A DNA stretch of 63,384 bases, the filler included, from Phoronis australis (Eukaryota; Animalia; Phoronida), in NCBI GenBank assembly GCA_002633005.1. It is 12 parts of 12 records of this genome, joined end to end, with 100 filler letters (N's around TTAATTAATTAA, not from the genome) between each part and the next. Parts side by side here need not be neighbours in the genome. Positions count along the whole stretch, not along the records: positions 40,420 to 50,473 come from NMRA01000130.1; positions 50,574 to 54,035 come from NMRA01003003.1; positions 54,136 to 58,985 come from NMRA01002477.1; positions 59,086 to 62,118 come from NMRA01003262.1; 8 more parts are not named here. One strand, 5' to 3'. The translations under genes were made by a program, and so were the position numbers. Positions 48,290-62,118 of the stretch are shown one piece after another. How positions within the stretch are numbered: position 1 is the stretch's first letter; each line of letters begins with the position of its first letter. Under the pieces are notes generated by a model. That model was not told the DNA's origin. It saw only the letters and a program-made list of their open reading frames with translations, and ran no database searches.

Positions 48290-48435
48290 GTGCGTTCAGT
48301 AGACGCTAGGACCTACGCTAGGACCTAGCTAAAACCTAGTCAAAGTCACTTGTTCTTATTCAAAATACACGGCGAAATCTCACGTATTCTCGCGAAGTCT
48401 TGCTTTTTAGCGAGGTCCTAGCGTTACTGAACGGG
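48290..48435. mobile_element. Short MITE related to 2435-2563
   Basis: TIRs CGTTCAGTAGACGCTAGGACCT ... AGGTCCTAGCGTTACTGAACG. Confidence 0.7.
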
Positions 48436-49187
48436 AGGCTGGCCATTGGTCAATTAAAGGGGTTAAGTAATAAACTACATGTAAATGTTTCCTCACGTTT
48501 TACTGCTGTATATACATTTGTGGCTGCCAAAGTCCGCCTATGATAGCCTACGCGAATTACGTATATCTTACTACAGAACACCGATCTCCCAGGATAAACT
48601 TTGGCTAATTTGGGGAACCCTTCCCTATTGGCACGACCAAAAAGTCGTCCGCTGGTATATGCCCTTTTCAAGCCGATCTCTAAACCGATTTGCTGCTCGA
48701 TTTCGCAACCATCCACTCCGGCTGGCATGCAGGGTGTTACGGTATTTTGTCAACGGCCAATGATACTTTTGGATACTTATGTCAAGCACGCGCGCAAATT
48801 GAAAGTTCAGCATTAGTTCAGTTATGTAGCCGGACGGGCGAGTTTTAAACTGGTTGACAATTTTACCACTCTGGCCGTTTTATTTTGAACTTCAGTCTCT
48901 GCCTGCCACGGATATTTGGAATACTCTTTATGCTTGATCGTCTCGACATGACAAGTTTCCACGAGTCATGAGATTCAACTTGACTGACAACATGTAAGTT
49001 TGTCCACAGGAATTCGGTTGTTGTTGTTGTTTTTAGTCCCCGATTCAGTTTGCCGTAAAACTCCGTAAAAGGTCCACATACTGGAATATTCGAGTCCCCC
49101 ATATTTTAGACTGGGTGCGCGCATGTGAAGATAGACTTAAGGAAGTGGCATTTACTGTAGTGGTAAGGGTTTGTTGTGGATGAGGGG

Positions 49188-50098
49188 TGGTGTTTTGCAA
49201 GACTTACTTCCGAGTTAGTAGCTAATCGGTCGGCTTCAGATGTGACAAGTGCGGATGTTTTTTTTCATTTTCTCCTACGGTTACAGTCTTAACACCCTAA
49301 TAACCGTTGAAATCACTAATGACTGGGTCGTAGGATTTTTTGTCTGTGATATTCACTAGTTAAAACCTGATGAAAAAACAAACAAAATTACGACGTTGAT
49401 AGTTCATCTCGATAACCATGGTTGTTATCTGAAGATGTAGTTCACGGGCGGCGGCCGGGGGGAGGGGTTGGCAAAACCATCAATTTTTCGTTTGTAGTTT
49501 TCAAGTAAAGCAAACAATGTGATGAACGCTTCTCTGTTTTGACGTCATAGTACATTTACGTCACATATTGTTTCGTAAGAGCGCTATAGCTAAAGTTACT
49601 CGCATTGCGGTATACGTTCATGGTGCCAAAATGACAGAACNGGTGTTTTGCAAGACTTACTTCCGAGTTAGTAGCTAATCGGTCGGCTTCAGATGTGACA
49701 AGTGCGGATGTTTTTTTCATTTTCTCCTACGGTTACAGTCTTAACACCCTGATAACCGTTGAAATCACTAATGACTGGGTCGTAAGATTTTTTGTCTGTG
49801 ATATTCACTAGTTAAAACCTGATGAAAAAACAAACAAAATTACGACGTTGATAGTTCATCTCGATAACCATGGTTGTTATCTGAAGATGTAGTACACGGG
49901 CGGCGGCCGGGGGGAGGGGTTGTCAAAACCATCAATTTTTCGTTTGTAGTTTTCAAGTAAAGCAAACAATTAAAATGTGACGAACGCTTCTCTGTTTTGA
50001 CGTCATAGTACATTTACGTCACATATTGTTTCGTAAGAGCGCTATAGCTAAAGTTACTCGCATTGCGATATACGTTCATGGTGCCAAAATGACAGAAC
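49188..50098 (+). repeat. ~450-bp direct duplication across a single N (49641); likely haplotype or overlap artefact
   Basis: 49188-49640 and 49642-50098 are near-identical, with a few SNPs and one small indel. Confidence 0.9.
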
Positions 50099-53000
50099 TT
50101 GAGAGAAGTTCGAGTATGTACGGCAATTTGCCACTTGAAATCATCAAAGATGTGATGCAATATCGTGTTAACGATCTGAAGATCAGGAAAGAGTAAGTGA
50201 TTGATTCTAAATAGCAGATAACCAGCATTGCAATGTGCTTTTCGCAAAGAAAATAGTCGACATTGATAGACTAACTTGATTTTTTCGCAGATCCAGATGT
50301 TACAGGGATACCTTTTGTTTATTTGTTTACAATTGTGCACCAGTTCAGTGCACGTGTTTTTCTAATAACTTGAAAAACTGAGTGCACTGATCACAATTAT
50401 GTTTGTTTCGAACGTATTCCTTACCGAGTCTTCCATATATAGTATGTTTTGTGATAAAACAATGTATCAACAANNNNNNNNNNNNNNNNNNNNNNNNNNN
50501 NNNNNNNNNNNNNNNNNTTAATTAATTAANNNNNNNNNNNNNNNNNNNNNNNNNNNNNNNNNNNNNNNNNNNNGGTAAATACACAAACTTGTCGATAAGG
50601 TCCCACTTAAAATGCAAATTAAGGTTACCTTTCACAATAGGAGAATCGAAGGTAGACTCCAGCCAAGTCAGTAAATTAGCATGTACAGTGAAGAAGATGC
50701 CATCTGAAGATGACAGGAGACCAGAAATAAACTTCTTGGATTATTGAATTGACACCAAACCCAACCAGAAGGGCCATCATTCAGTGGTCCCTTCGAATGG
50801 GCAACTTTATCTAAATATTAGAAACTTAAGTAAACACGAATTAAATCATCCACCTGGAAGGTCAACTGCAATTGCCCAATGTCCAGCGGCTGCCACTAGC
50901 TTTAGAGTGCCAAGGTCGTTCCACGTCTGGGAGCTAAATGATTGACCATGCAGAAAGACAACATGGAGTTTGGGGCCCATGGCGGGTAGCAAGCATTGCT
51001 GGTAGCGGATCTTTACTGTCTAGAGACAGGAATACAAGAACATTACTTGATTTCTCCCCCAAATACAACAACAATACAGAGCAATAACATTGGCCCACCG
51101 TGTGCATCGCAAACGGCAAAACTATCTGGGGTGTCCATTTTTAAAAAAACTGACTTGAATAAGCAATGCTCTCCAGTTGAAGGGATTTGAAAAATAACCA
51201 ATAGATGAGTCGAAAAATGCCCCCCATGCACTCCACAGATAGCAACTTCTAAATTGTGTGTTTTCAAAAGAATATTATGTAGGAAAATGAAAATTGATGT
51301 TATAAAGCTGAAAAAATCCCACATACGTTACTAAGGCAATTACTGCCCCAACTAACAAATTTCACCATTTTTTCAATGTGACTATTTTGTGTTTTGAAAA
51401 AGATATCATGTCTATACCCATGTTTTGAGGGTCAAGCATAGCATCAAAACCATTTCAAAGTAACCCTTGTTTCTGCTGTGTGTTAAACTGCACAATAGCA
51501 TTCATTCTACTTAAGCTGTATTTAAACTAATGAAACACAACATTAATCTATAGTTGTTTACAACTGTTATGTAATCGCTAATGTTCACACCAATAACTAA
51601 AACACTATTGTAATCCTAGTTTGTGGTTTTAGTCACTAGTCGTCAGTGCTGTCACTTTCCAATTCACCCCAGTTAGTGCCTCTGAACGCCGCTGTTTCCA
51701 AAGAGAATTGACAGCAGTGCCACCTACAGAGTTATAGCTTCACAACTACTGTGTACACAACAAGTTATAATGGTTGTAACTTCACTAATCCAGACTGTTC
51801 AAGGGTTATAACAGGCTAGTTACAACTCTTAAAACTGGTTTTACAGAATTCAGACTGGGAGTTACAACATTTAAATCTGTTTTAAAAATTACAACTGCTT
51901 TGGTGCGAACAAAGCAGAAGATTAATCACATATAAAACTAAATTGTACAGAAGCCAATAAACAATCCGTTTGAAAATGTACTTGTGCTGTCCTATTCGTG
52001 ATGGGAACTTGTCAACAAAATTTGACAAACATCCACCTCATGGTTTTGGAGATGCAGCAGTGGACGCTGAACAGACGCAAAATGTGCCGCTGAACAGACG
52101 CAAAATGTGCCCACATATACAAATATTTGGGCAGATAAATATGTAAGGGTTGTTTATTTAGAATACTGTAGAAACGTGTTAGTTATATATTTGTATAGAC
52201 CAGTAGAAAAGCACTGCCATTTTGATTAGAAGGGCGTTAATGTAGCTATTTAATCATATCTGGTGGTAGGAGGAATATTCAAGGAAAACTGATACAACTA
52301 TACGGAATATCTAATGGCAATGGTGTTAATAAATCACAACCCCAAAACATTGCGGTAAAGAATTCAATATTGACAGCTTGTAACAAAAATGGAAACGCTC
52401 CTTTAAAACATGTAATAATGACAACTGGTATGGCTTGAATATACGATAAATGACTATACAGTTAAATAAAATACAACAAAAAATACTGACAGCTGAAAAT
52501 AGCTTTCAAAACATGTTCGAAAGGTTGTTATTCAGTTGCACAACCTGGTTGTCGCAGTTACGAATGCCATACATCTTGATCACACTGGACAGTATAACAA
52601 AAGGCTCCATATAGTAGTTCTAAGCCTTAACCCACCTTCCCATGGACATCTACGTTGACATATTTAGCTTCCACCTGCAGAGTCTTAGCTCTCTCCTGAA
52701 TTTCACTGGGAATTTCAACAAAGCTCTCGTGATGAAGCTTCTTCCACGTGTCAGGGTGTCGCCGGGGGGGCATCTTTTTCTTGTGGATTGGCACAATTTC
52801 GGGCTGAGCAAAGATGAATCTGCAGGGTCAACAGACAGGGACTTCAGATAGGGACATCAGACAGGGACATTTTCGATCATATAACTCCAGCTTTGAGAAG
52901 GACAGAAAACAACAACACACTGGGGTACCAATATCAATTTGAGGTTGCAGCACTTTTCCCTGAAAATAACAGGTTTAGGACAAAGAGATTTTCCCATGCC

Positions 53001-54135
53001 TGACTGTCACAAACAAGTGTGACTATTTTAAAAACATCCTAAGGCTGAGAAAACACACTTGGTACTGGTCTGTCATTGTTTCAATATTAATAAAATGTTC
53101 CAGTTGATTACTTATGCGAGAGTGACATGAAAATTGTGCTCAAGCACCGAATTTTGCCAAGACAGACACACCCAATAAGAGCAGATGTTGGTATCGCAAG
53201 AATTTACTTATTATTATAATCATTGCCATCGAAGTTCCACGAGGGATTACTCCATTTACACCATCTTTACAGAGGTATAGTGGGGTCAACCTCTGTCGAT
53301 GCAGGAATGATGGTGCATGACTTGGTGAGCAATTTGGTCCAACACCCGATAACTCAGCAAATCAAAACTACTGACCAAAAAGATCTAGCCTGTCCTGAGA
53401 GTGCTACTAGAAACAACACAAAAACCTCTGCAGTAGAAATTCTGCTTGTGCTGAAACCAAAAGTTATACGAGACGCCTGTCTTTGAAGTATATTGTCCAT
53501 GGTGGATTACCGAGTGGTAATTTTTCAGAGAAAAGGACAACCACACTTTTACGACTTCGCTCTCATTGTCATGATGCCATGTTCCATCAACAAAGCAACA
53601 TGTGTGTCTGAGTTTACTGAGTGACTGTTACCAGTTGAAATAAGTTTTTGTAATCATAGGCGGATCCAGGGGATGGGTCCAGGGTGTCTAGGCCTCCCCT
53701 TTAGCAAAAGTGGCAAACAAAAACCAAGGAAAATTAGACAATTTCCTTTTTCCATTTCTATAGACTGCTGGGCACAGAGATCAGGAAACTTTATTTGATT
53801 ATCGGCTTTGTACTCATCGTTTGTGATATAGAATTCTCTTGTATTGAATGGGCATCTAACTGGAACACCATAAAGGGATTGTACCAGCGATGTAGACAAA
53901 TGCAAGTCATGTTATCCCACTCAGAGTGATGTTCAAAACACATTAGCAATCAAATTCAAGTGTGTTACTCTTTACCATCATTTTGTTTTAAAGGTACACA
54001 TTCCAGGCTTTGTGACACTTTGAGGAATAACTATCNNNNNNNNNNNNNNNNNNNNNNNNNNNNNNNNNNNNNNNNNNNNTTAATTAATTAANNNNNNNNN
54101 NNNNNNNNNNNNNNNNNNNNNNNNNNNNNNNNNNN

Positions 54136-54453
54136 GAGCATTTTCTCTACTCAATTTTCATCCTTGGTGCCAAAAATTTTATGTGAATCAAGAAAACAAT
54201 GAGAAGGACAGCACACCCGAGAGTTTTCCTTTACAGCCACAAGGAGGATATGAATTTAAGGAAGGGGTTGATTCAAACGAAAGAGTGAATGTACTGAATA
54301 ACAGTAACGACGTTGTAGTAAAAGAGTGGTCGCAAGACTTAAGAAAATTACGGAGACATGATATAATAAGCCTTTTTTTTCAGAATGCCTTGGTGTTCGG
54401 AATGCGCTACGGGGTACTTTATCCTCTGCAGTCGTACTCTCTTCTACCTTACG
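54136..54453 (+). CDS. SLC52A: SLC52 (RFVT) riboflavin-transporter-like gene, exon truncated by contig start
   Basis: AFSLLNFHP..(loop)..YGVLYPLQSYSLLPY-G|GTATG corresponds to the SLC52 GVLP.VQS.S.LPYG motif; phase-1 donor. Confidence 0.85.
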
Positions 54454-55291
54454 GTATGTCCAGTTAAAATTTTTACAACTTCGTGCTTTTACTCATCATT
54501 TACCTACACTATTAAAGTGGGCCACGCAAACGCGCGCGCACGCACACGCAGGCCCACACACGCACGCGCACACATACACACACATATTAGAAGTCTTTCT
54601 TGTGTCTGGAACAAAGTTTTCTTTTGGAGCTTTTGTGGTACAACAACTAGTTAAAGTGGCACTCCGCGTCGTATCGGCTGGCCAAAGGGTGTCGACTTCA
54701 AAATGTTTGTTAACATTAAAGCGGGACCAGAATAAGACAGGTCTGTGGTATATGAGGGAAGGCGATACAGTAACAATCACCAAACTCCTCTAGCTGTTAG
54801 CACAGACATAGCAAGAAGTATTAAACGGAGAGGTGATGAGCAATCGCAAAAAAATTGCAACATCGGGTAGCGGGCTAAACTGAGTTGCAACCTTGGGAGG
54901 GCACTTCTCAATGAACGGGGTAGGGGCAAACGCAGAATTGGAATTAGTTTCGACCAGGGGGAGGACCTTTTTACGCTCAACAAGAGTGGGTATGTTACCG
55001 TTGCAACCATTTGTTTAGGGTTTCTGAGGTCTTTGGTCCAGCTTACACTTCTTATTTTCAAATTATTCCTCAATTTTAAACGATGGTGTTTGACATTCTT
55101 TGTTGCGCCTTTTTTCGTTTGAAACTCACACGCCAAGCAGACAAGACGGCAATCCTAATGCATGAAGTCCTATCACAACAAAAATCGCCGTTTGTCCAAC
55201 GAAACGGCAATTTGCAAAAGTTACAATTGTGCCCACACCACCCTGCTTGTCAACGACATATACTAGAACTGCAATTTCTTTGTTTTCACAG

Positions 55292-55509
55292 GAACTCTGG
55301 CGTTCAGTCTCGGCAACCGCGTGACGACAGTGGCGCAGCCCTTGGGCAGTTTTCTGGAACTGTTCTTGCCAGTTCGGTCAACTCGAGCAGTCACCATAGC
55401 GACTAGTTTGGGGTCGGTGGCTTCCACTTACATTCTCATCATTGCAACTTACAGTCCTAATCCTCCGCTGAAGGAACCCGAATACAGAACTTTAGGAATT
55501 TGCCTCGTT
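55292..55509 (+). CDS. SLC52A: SLC52-like gene, penultimate exon
   Basis: TTTTCACAG acceptor, GTAAGT donor, phase 1-0; GTLAFSLG..VAQPLGSFL...ATYSPNPPL...GICLV parallels SLC52 AYHL..ANPLACF..SPCPPL. Confidence 0.88.
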
Positions 55510-55844
55510 GTAAGTGGTTTGGCATAAGTTGTTCGGTAGTCAGTCTAAGAAGCCGATATTTGCTATTAACGGCTGGGTTGCAATTTGCGACTATAAAATT
55601 GCTTTAAGTGAGACATTTGCCTAATAGGCATAGAGAAACAAATAGCTTGGAAAATCATTTCCCTAAAGTATGGACTTGAATTCAGTATAAGTGACTTGAT
55701 CGGAGATAACTGCCAACATTGATGGTTGCTAATGCTTGGCGACATAGAAAATGTAGCAGGCTAGCAAATGTTCAGACCGCTTCCACTAAACTGAAGCTGA
55801 TCATAAATACTCGATATAAATTTTAATCTAGTAAATAAAAACTA

Positions 55845-56390
55845 AAGCCTTGTCTACACGATAATGTTGTAGGAGACCTCGGTAACAGACTTTCGAGGGT
55901 TACGGCAAGCGTTGTACAGTATAAGGTCATTCACTTAGCTATTTCCCATGTGCTTGCATGACATGTAACAACCTGCGCCGTAATGACTGCAGACCAGGCT
56001 TGACGCTCCGTCCACACAAATTGCGTGTCCATTTGAAAACACTTATCTCTTTTTGGAACACCTACCGTCCGCTAGTGTCCAGTAAAACGACAACCAAAAA
56101 CGCTCTCCAGAATGGAGATTTTTTCAAAAAACGCCTTTTCATTATGCTCTAATCGTGTGGCTGACGAAACTTTTCAAAAACGTTGGCATTTATGCTATTA
56201 AATCAGAACCAAGTAAATGTGATTAGTCGACGCTTTTTGGACGCATTAGACACTGCCCAAACGATTATATTTTGATCTTAAAAACAACACTTTTTCTTAA
56301 CGTTTCACATTGATGAATTTTTAATGGCTTAATGGCCGCCATTTTGCTTGGGTAAGCTCACTAGACTAGTGCAAAACGTAGACAGGAGGG
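55845..56390. mobile_element. Degenerate intronic Harbinger-like MITE fragment(s)
   Basis: Terminus-like AAGCCTTGTCTACAC (55845) and GCTCCGTCCACAC (~56004) with repeated AAAAACG motifs. Confidence 0.4.
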
Positions 56391-57244
56391 CTCTGATCTA
56401 TTCTGGCTAATGATTGGTCTCTCTGGTAACTTAGCAACGACGGCTTGCCTTTCCAACACAGTAATTGCCATGACTTTTACTTTCATGTTGATTTCCGCTG
56501 ATAACGTTTATAATCTCATGATCCTCGTATACCGCACGGTAGCAAATGCGACACCCATTAGACTAGTTGACTCACGTGATTTCCCCAATATTGAAATCCG
56601 TACAGGCAGGAACTGGATTCGGCTGTAATTTCGGAGTGCATGACGACGACTGTGCGCTAGATATTGGAACCAGGCTATTAATCTCCGGAGCATACTCGAG
56701 CGATTTTGCGTGATCTTGCTTTTTGACGAGAATCTACCGTCTACCGAAATTGCCATATTTGTAACAACTGCTAAAAGATTATTTCTTATGATTGCACCAA
56801 ATGGTGTCTTACATCAAAATACTTCAAAATATATCCTGCGACTGATACGAAGAGTCAAGCATCGGAAGGGTTGGTCAAGCCCGTCAAATTGTGAATTATT
56901 TTTTGACTTGTTTAAGTTTGCTTGCCAATGACGTACTTCATCTGTTTGGGGTGAAATTCGTTTCCCTCAGAGTATGAACAAGTTTGAAATGTTTTGTGTG
57001 CTCGAGCAGCAAAGCTTATGATTTGCATTTTAGCAAGAAAGAAATAATTCGTTAAGTAAGTTAGAAGTATCTCCTATTTCTCCTAGTCTGACTTGTTGCA
57101 TTTACGCGATTACGATTTGTCCGTGGTGGCAAGTTGTCGCTGTAACCAATTGCCCTCACACTGTGACCGACTTGGTGACATACTATTGTGATGAGCTATG
57201 ACTATTTTTTGTTTACTTATTTATTAAAATAGTTCGTATTTCAG

Positions 57245-57445
57245 GTCACCGCCTGGGTTGTTATGTCGCTGAGTTGGGGATACAGTGCCGTTGGAATTGC
57301 AAAACTTTTGAACATCTTGGGCAAACAATATCTTATGTCCGCTGGATTACTGAATAACATTGGAACAGTCATGGGGTCCATTGTATCTTTTATTCTCATT
57401 AACGTGTTCGGCTTATTTACGTCGTCCCCACCATGTGAAATATAG
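57245..57445 (+). CDS. SLC52A: SLC52-like gene, terminal exon
   Basis: TTTCAG acceptor, phase 0; VTAWVVMSLSWGYSAVGIA...AGLLNNIGTVMGSIVSFILINVFGLFTSSPPCEI*, matching the SLC52 last two helices and C-terminal F..F.S...C. Confidence 0.88.
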   Translation, partial: VTAWVVMSLSWGYSAVGIAKLLNILGKQYLMSAGLLNNIGTVMGSIVSFILINVFGLFTSSPPCEI

Positions 57446-57703
57446 CGACGTCGAACCTGTAACGTGAACATTCCAGATGATATTTTGTGACGTCGATTAC
57501 ATCCGCCCTCACAATGATGAATCTTCACAATACAAAGGAACGTTAACAGGGAACCAACACTCAAGCCACCACTAGTAAAAGATTATGTAATGGTCACTAA
57601 GTCCATTAAACCACGATTTGAGACACTGTAGTGCGTTATGGCTACAGCACTACAACGGTAAAATAATTTTCGAGAATTCCTAGCTCAAATTCTTGAAGAG
57701 CGT

Positions 57704-57870
57704 CAGTGGCGGATCTACGTTTTTAGCAAGGGGGGTTTATGATTCCCGCCAAGGTCGAATCCTAGGCGCGTGGCGCCGAGCGGGGGGAGGTCGGCAGGGG
57801 GGTTTCCCCTCCCGTGTAAGATATTTTTTTGTTTCTGTAGCCAAATAGTGAAATTTCCATGCATCCTGGT
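57704..57870. mobile_element. CAGTGGCGGATC-type MITE, subfamily B, 3'-truncated
   Basis: Left TIR plus GAATCC.AGGCGCGT.GCGCCGAG and CCGTGTAAGAT blocks shared with 27748-27983. Confidence 0.75.
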
Positions 57871-59938
57871 AAGTTTCTATTGCTTAACATGTCTCTGGAG
57901 TTTTTCTTAAGATAATTAAAAACCGTTCTCATCACATGAACTTGGCTCGTACGTTTCGTGAAACCATATTGTGCACATCTGGGTATGAGTCACGCTACCA
58001 GCAAAAATTTTTGTTGGAACATCTGCTTACACACACCTTTTTTAGCATACGAAAAGTCGTATACGAAAAAGTGTGGTGTGTATACAGGGGTTTAGACAAT
58101 TTCCAAATATTCAACAGCATAATTAAGGAGCACCGACGGGGCGTAGAAACTTGAATATCAGATGATCGCGTAACAGCAGCCTCAATTGCCACAATTGCGG
58201 CCGGCCTTCGTAATAAGTTTCATTGTTCAATAAGGTATCACGTTTTCATATGCAACTATCAAATACTTTGCTTTATGAAGTGTTCTCTAAAAGTCTGTTC
58301 GGAATTGCTTTTAAAATGTTTCACTTTTGCACGAAGGGTTATCAAAATATAAGGCTATGATTTTTTATGAAAAAATCAAAAGCTGAATAAAACGAAAACG
58401 AACTGAGAGTTTATAAAACTGTAACAGTGTTTTTGAACTTTTATATCAAAATTAAATTTGTTATGTTATTGGTACCGTAGTTTTGCGATGACTACACCTC
58501 TCTTTTTACTAGGTTTTCGTCATCGGCGCCACAGCATAAGTCAAAATCTTTGGTCACCATGGCAAACGGAAGAAATCAGAAAAATCACACATCACGCAAC
58601 AGACGGTTATTACTGGCAATTTCTGATAGCTCCACACTTGTATATCCGGCAGATGACACATTTTACCCCCTCTCTCCAAAGTAATCCCAGGCGTGCCTGC
58701 GGCCACAGGGTTCCATAAACGGAAAATGTATCATATCATGAAATACATGTGTATCATGACGGATGTATGCCTGCTTGCAAATTTATTCTGAAAAAATGAC
58801 ACAGCGATTACAAATATGTCTGTTAACGACCGACTGGATGTAAACCTCAATTTATATCTCGGGGTCCATAACTCTAGACCTAGCTCTGTTACAAAGTTTC
58901 TACGAGTGCACATGGTGAGCTGAGAGTGAAACGGTTATTCCTGCACTCATTTCGAGAAAAACACCAAATACTATGGATTTCAAGCNNNNNNNNNNNNNNN
59001 NNNNNNNNNNNNNNNNNNNNNNNNNNNNNTTAATTAATTAANNNNNNNNNNNNNNNNNNNNNNNNNNNNNNNNNNNNNNNNNNNNCCCGTAGCCAGGGGG
59101 GGGGGGTCCGNTCCGCGGAAAAGGTCCAGCCCCAGCCTATTCGTTAAAAATAGGATACAAATGGACAACAACAAAATTGTTGCAGATACTGGTACTACTA
59201 ACTACAATGATAACTGAGTTAGTATTAATCTTGAATTTGCCTCTGATTCAAAGCGCTTCACGCAATCATCGGGCCGTACCCGGCCAACTTCGCCCGAGTG
59301 GCATTTGCGTATATGGCAGGATGGTGCACACGGTTAAAGGAGGCTTTATGTTACTCATCGGCATTGAACACACGTGGTGGGGTAACAAGGGAGTCTAGGT
59401 GTCTATACCTAACTAAGCTATATAGCAGCTAGAGAGCTCCCAAAAAGTAGTGCGGTGTGAATTAAGATCGACCAAGAAACAAAACAGCAGAAAGTTGGTT
59501 TCTTATCTGATATTGCTTGCTAGCATAGTACAGTAAAGGGGGGGCGTTTTCAAATTTGGAATTGAAAGTGTTCGTCAAATACAGGCATGTTTTTCATCCA
59601 GTGTCCAATTCGATTGTGGATTGGTGAATTGACATGCATGCGTGTACACGTGTGTGTGTTTCCGTACTTTTAAATGCAGTAGAAGCAGACGGTAAGTTCA
59701 CTAAATGCAGCCCTACTTGTTGCTCAAAAACAGACTTTTAACTATCATCAGGGCTGCGGCGACCAACGGTTTTAAATTTAGGACTAAGACTGAATGAGGC
59801 TCTCTGACTTCGTGAAGACTGGCAGGGAAAGGGTAGCCTGTTAAGCATATTTAATTTCGACCTGTCCGTGTGCGAGGTTCCGATGGGTGAGGTTCAGGCG
59901 CGCTGTGAAATGGCTGAAAGTTTATAGTTTTTAGGGCA

Positions 59939-60775
59939 GTAAAACAGCTTTTCAGGAACAACCCCTTAGATCAATGTTTTAGGTAACCCAGATGAGCGAG
60001 ACCAATTAAATTTGGCGTCGTACAAGCGAATTTACTTTATGATCGACATATGTCCCGAATAAAGACAAATGATACGTGCGTCGCAAGCTCGTTACCAGAG
60101 ATGAAAAGGAGACCGAGGTAGGCGATATAAGGTCATTTATTATTTGACTAATACAATTACAATATAATGAATACAGGTAAATAACGTATAATAGGTAATC
60201 TCTGGTAAGATGGGCAATAAAACGCGCCGGCCGCGTGGAAGTACGAGAGAATGACGAAAATTGGGAGGAAGAGGGTGGGAAAATAGCGCAGCTGCAACCG
60301 AATCGATTTAACGATTGCGCATGTCCGGAAATTAGGGTGCGCAAAAGCTATTGGGATTGATAAGGGTAAATGGAATGGCCGATTGGTTTGCATTAAACTA
60401 CGCTGCTGTATGTAATTCTGCCGCTATTCGCCCTAATTAGCGCCCATACCTCAACAAGTGCCCCAACGCGTTTTCAGACTTTGCTAAAGTAAGCGCCCAG
60501 CCCATGAACTACATGCGAAAAATGCCCTTACCTACAGTTCTAACGTCTCCAATTTATCAATTGAAAGATCCGACAGCCTGAATTTGTAACGGACCACTAG
60601 CCTCACCGTTATGTCCGTATACACTTCAAACTTACGCCGCGATTCAAAAAGAACGCAGAAGTTTTGCTGCTCTTNTTCGTAAAACAGCTTTTCAGGAACA
60701 ACCATTTAGATCAATGTTTTAGGTAACCCAGATGAGCGAGACCAATTAAATTTGGCGTCGTACAAGCGTACTTTA
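59939..60775 (+). repeat. ~90-bp direct repeat (59939-60029 and 60679-60768); second copy follows a single N (60675)
   Basis: GTAAAACAGCTTTTCAGGAACAACC...GTACAAGCG occurs twice. Confidence 0.85.
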
Positions 60776-61074
60776 CCGTGGAACAGGGCTTCTAGTGTTG
60801 TATACTGATTTACTCTACTTTCCCGTATTGGCCATTTTTGCAGTAACAATTCTGATGGGAAAGTGAGCAAAACCACTCAATGTGGTGACCTTCCAAAGTC
60901 CACAGAAAAGACACCTCAATAGATATTTACATTTTTAAAAAAATAGTGTAAAAGAGAATTACCGATAGTTAGAAGCCACTTCCTGAGAATATGTGACCCC
61001 GAATTCGATGTGAACGCACAGTCTGTTATTACTTTTGTTACAACCTGTATATACAAGTTAATCCTTTTTTAACG

Positions 61075-61239
61075 GTAGGGGTCGGATCCAGGATTTTTTA
61101 AAAGGATGGAGGCGGGTTACAGACTTTTTAAAAAGACGGTTCCAAGACAGCAATTTGAAAATGCTTGATATAATATAAATAAAATCAGGGGAAAAAGAGG
61201 AGGGGCCCTGTAACCTTAACCCTCCTGGATCCGTCTATG
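61075..61239. mobile_element. Degenerate GGCGGATCC-type MITE
   Basis: GTCGGATCCAGGA ... TCCTGGATCCGTCTATG inverted termini. Confidence 0.55.
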
Positions 61240-61467
61240 AACACTGAGCTCTTACTCTTGACAACTGTCGCAGTGTTAATTCTACTGAGATGCGCCAAGT
61301 AAAATGGCAAATGTTTACGTCGAAGGAAACTGATTCACCGAATCTTGGACGATGAATATATCTACTCCAGTTGAGAATCAGAAGGGTGAACACCCGTCAG
61401 CAAAACGACTTTATGTACATTTTTCTTTACAAAGAACAGGACGGATAGACTGCGAGGGGTTTAAGTA

Positions 61468-62118
61468 CTAGTCCACGAGAGCACCAGCCATGAGCGGCAA
61501 GGTGGGGGTCAGCCGATTTCCACCAAATTTGGCACAATAGGTAGTCCTATGGGATCTATAAACAGCGGTAAAATATTTCCTCAAAATATTGCGTTTTTCT
61601 AAAGTTATAGGCCCAAACACATTTTACGGCTTCGCAGCCATGTTTTCACGGTATAAAAACTGTCCAGTTTTAACTGTTCATATTTTCCCTTGAATGAAAG
61701 CTATTGATTTATTATTCACTTGGCATTGTTTAGTGGTGCCTGTAGATTGTTACACAGATGACTTGAAACACGATTCCGATTTACCACCCTCATTTAGTAG
61801 TTTTACCACACTGCCCCCCGTTATGCCATTTTGAGGTTGTGTTCAGTACACTGCTGTACCAAATCTGCCCCCACTGTTATGAGAATGAAACTTAGCCAAA
61901 ATGTTGACAAAACATGTTACTTTCATTTCATAAAATAAAAACTTTGTCAGCCAGCTTATTAGTTATAAATTTTGGTACCTCAAATGTACTAAAATGAGAA
62001 ATTTTCATACATCTGAGATCGATGCGTGAGCACCGTAAAATCCGATTGTCCTTCATGTTTTTCGATATTTTGCAACAAGTTAGTTCCTCCTGAATGTTTT
62101 GAAAGTTTTACTACTTAT
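61468..62118 (+). mobile_element. Possible left arm of a long-TIR DNA transposon (Academ-like TAG terminus)
   Basis: Begins TAGTCCACGAGAGC followed by TIR-type sequence (CCAAATTTGGCACA); the partner end is not in the contig. Confidence 0.3.

Noticed and set aside
52630-53490. Decayed Sola-like transposase N-terminus (RKR..P.TWK) on the minus strand
   Set aside because: Requires frameshifts, rests on one short motif, and no catalytic region or TIR is visible.
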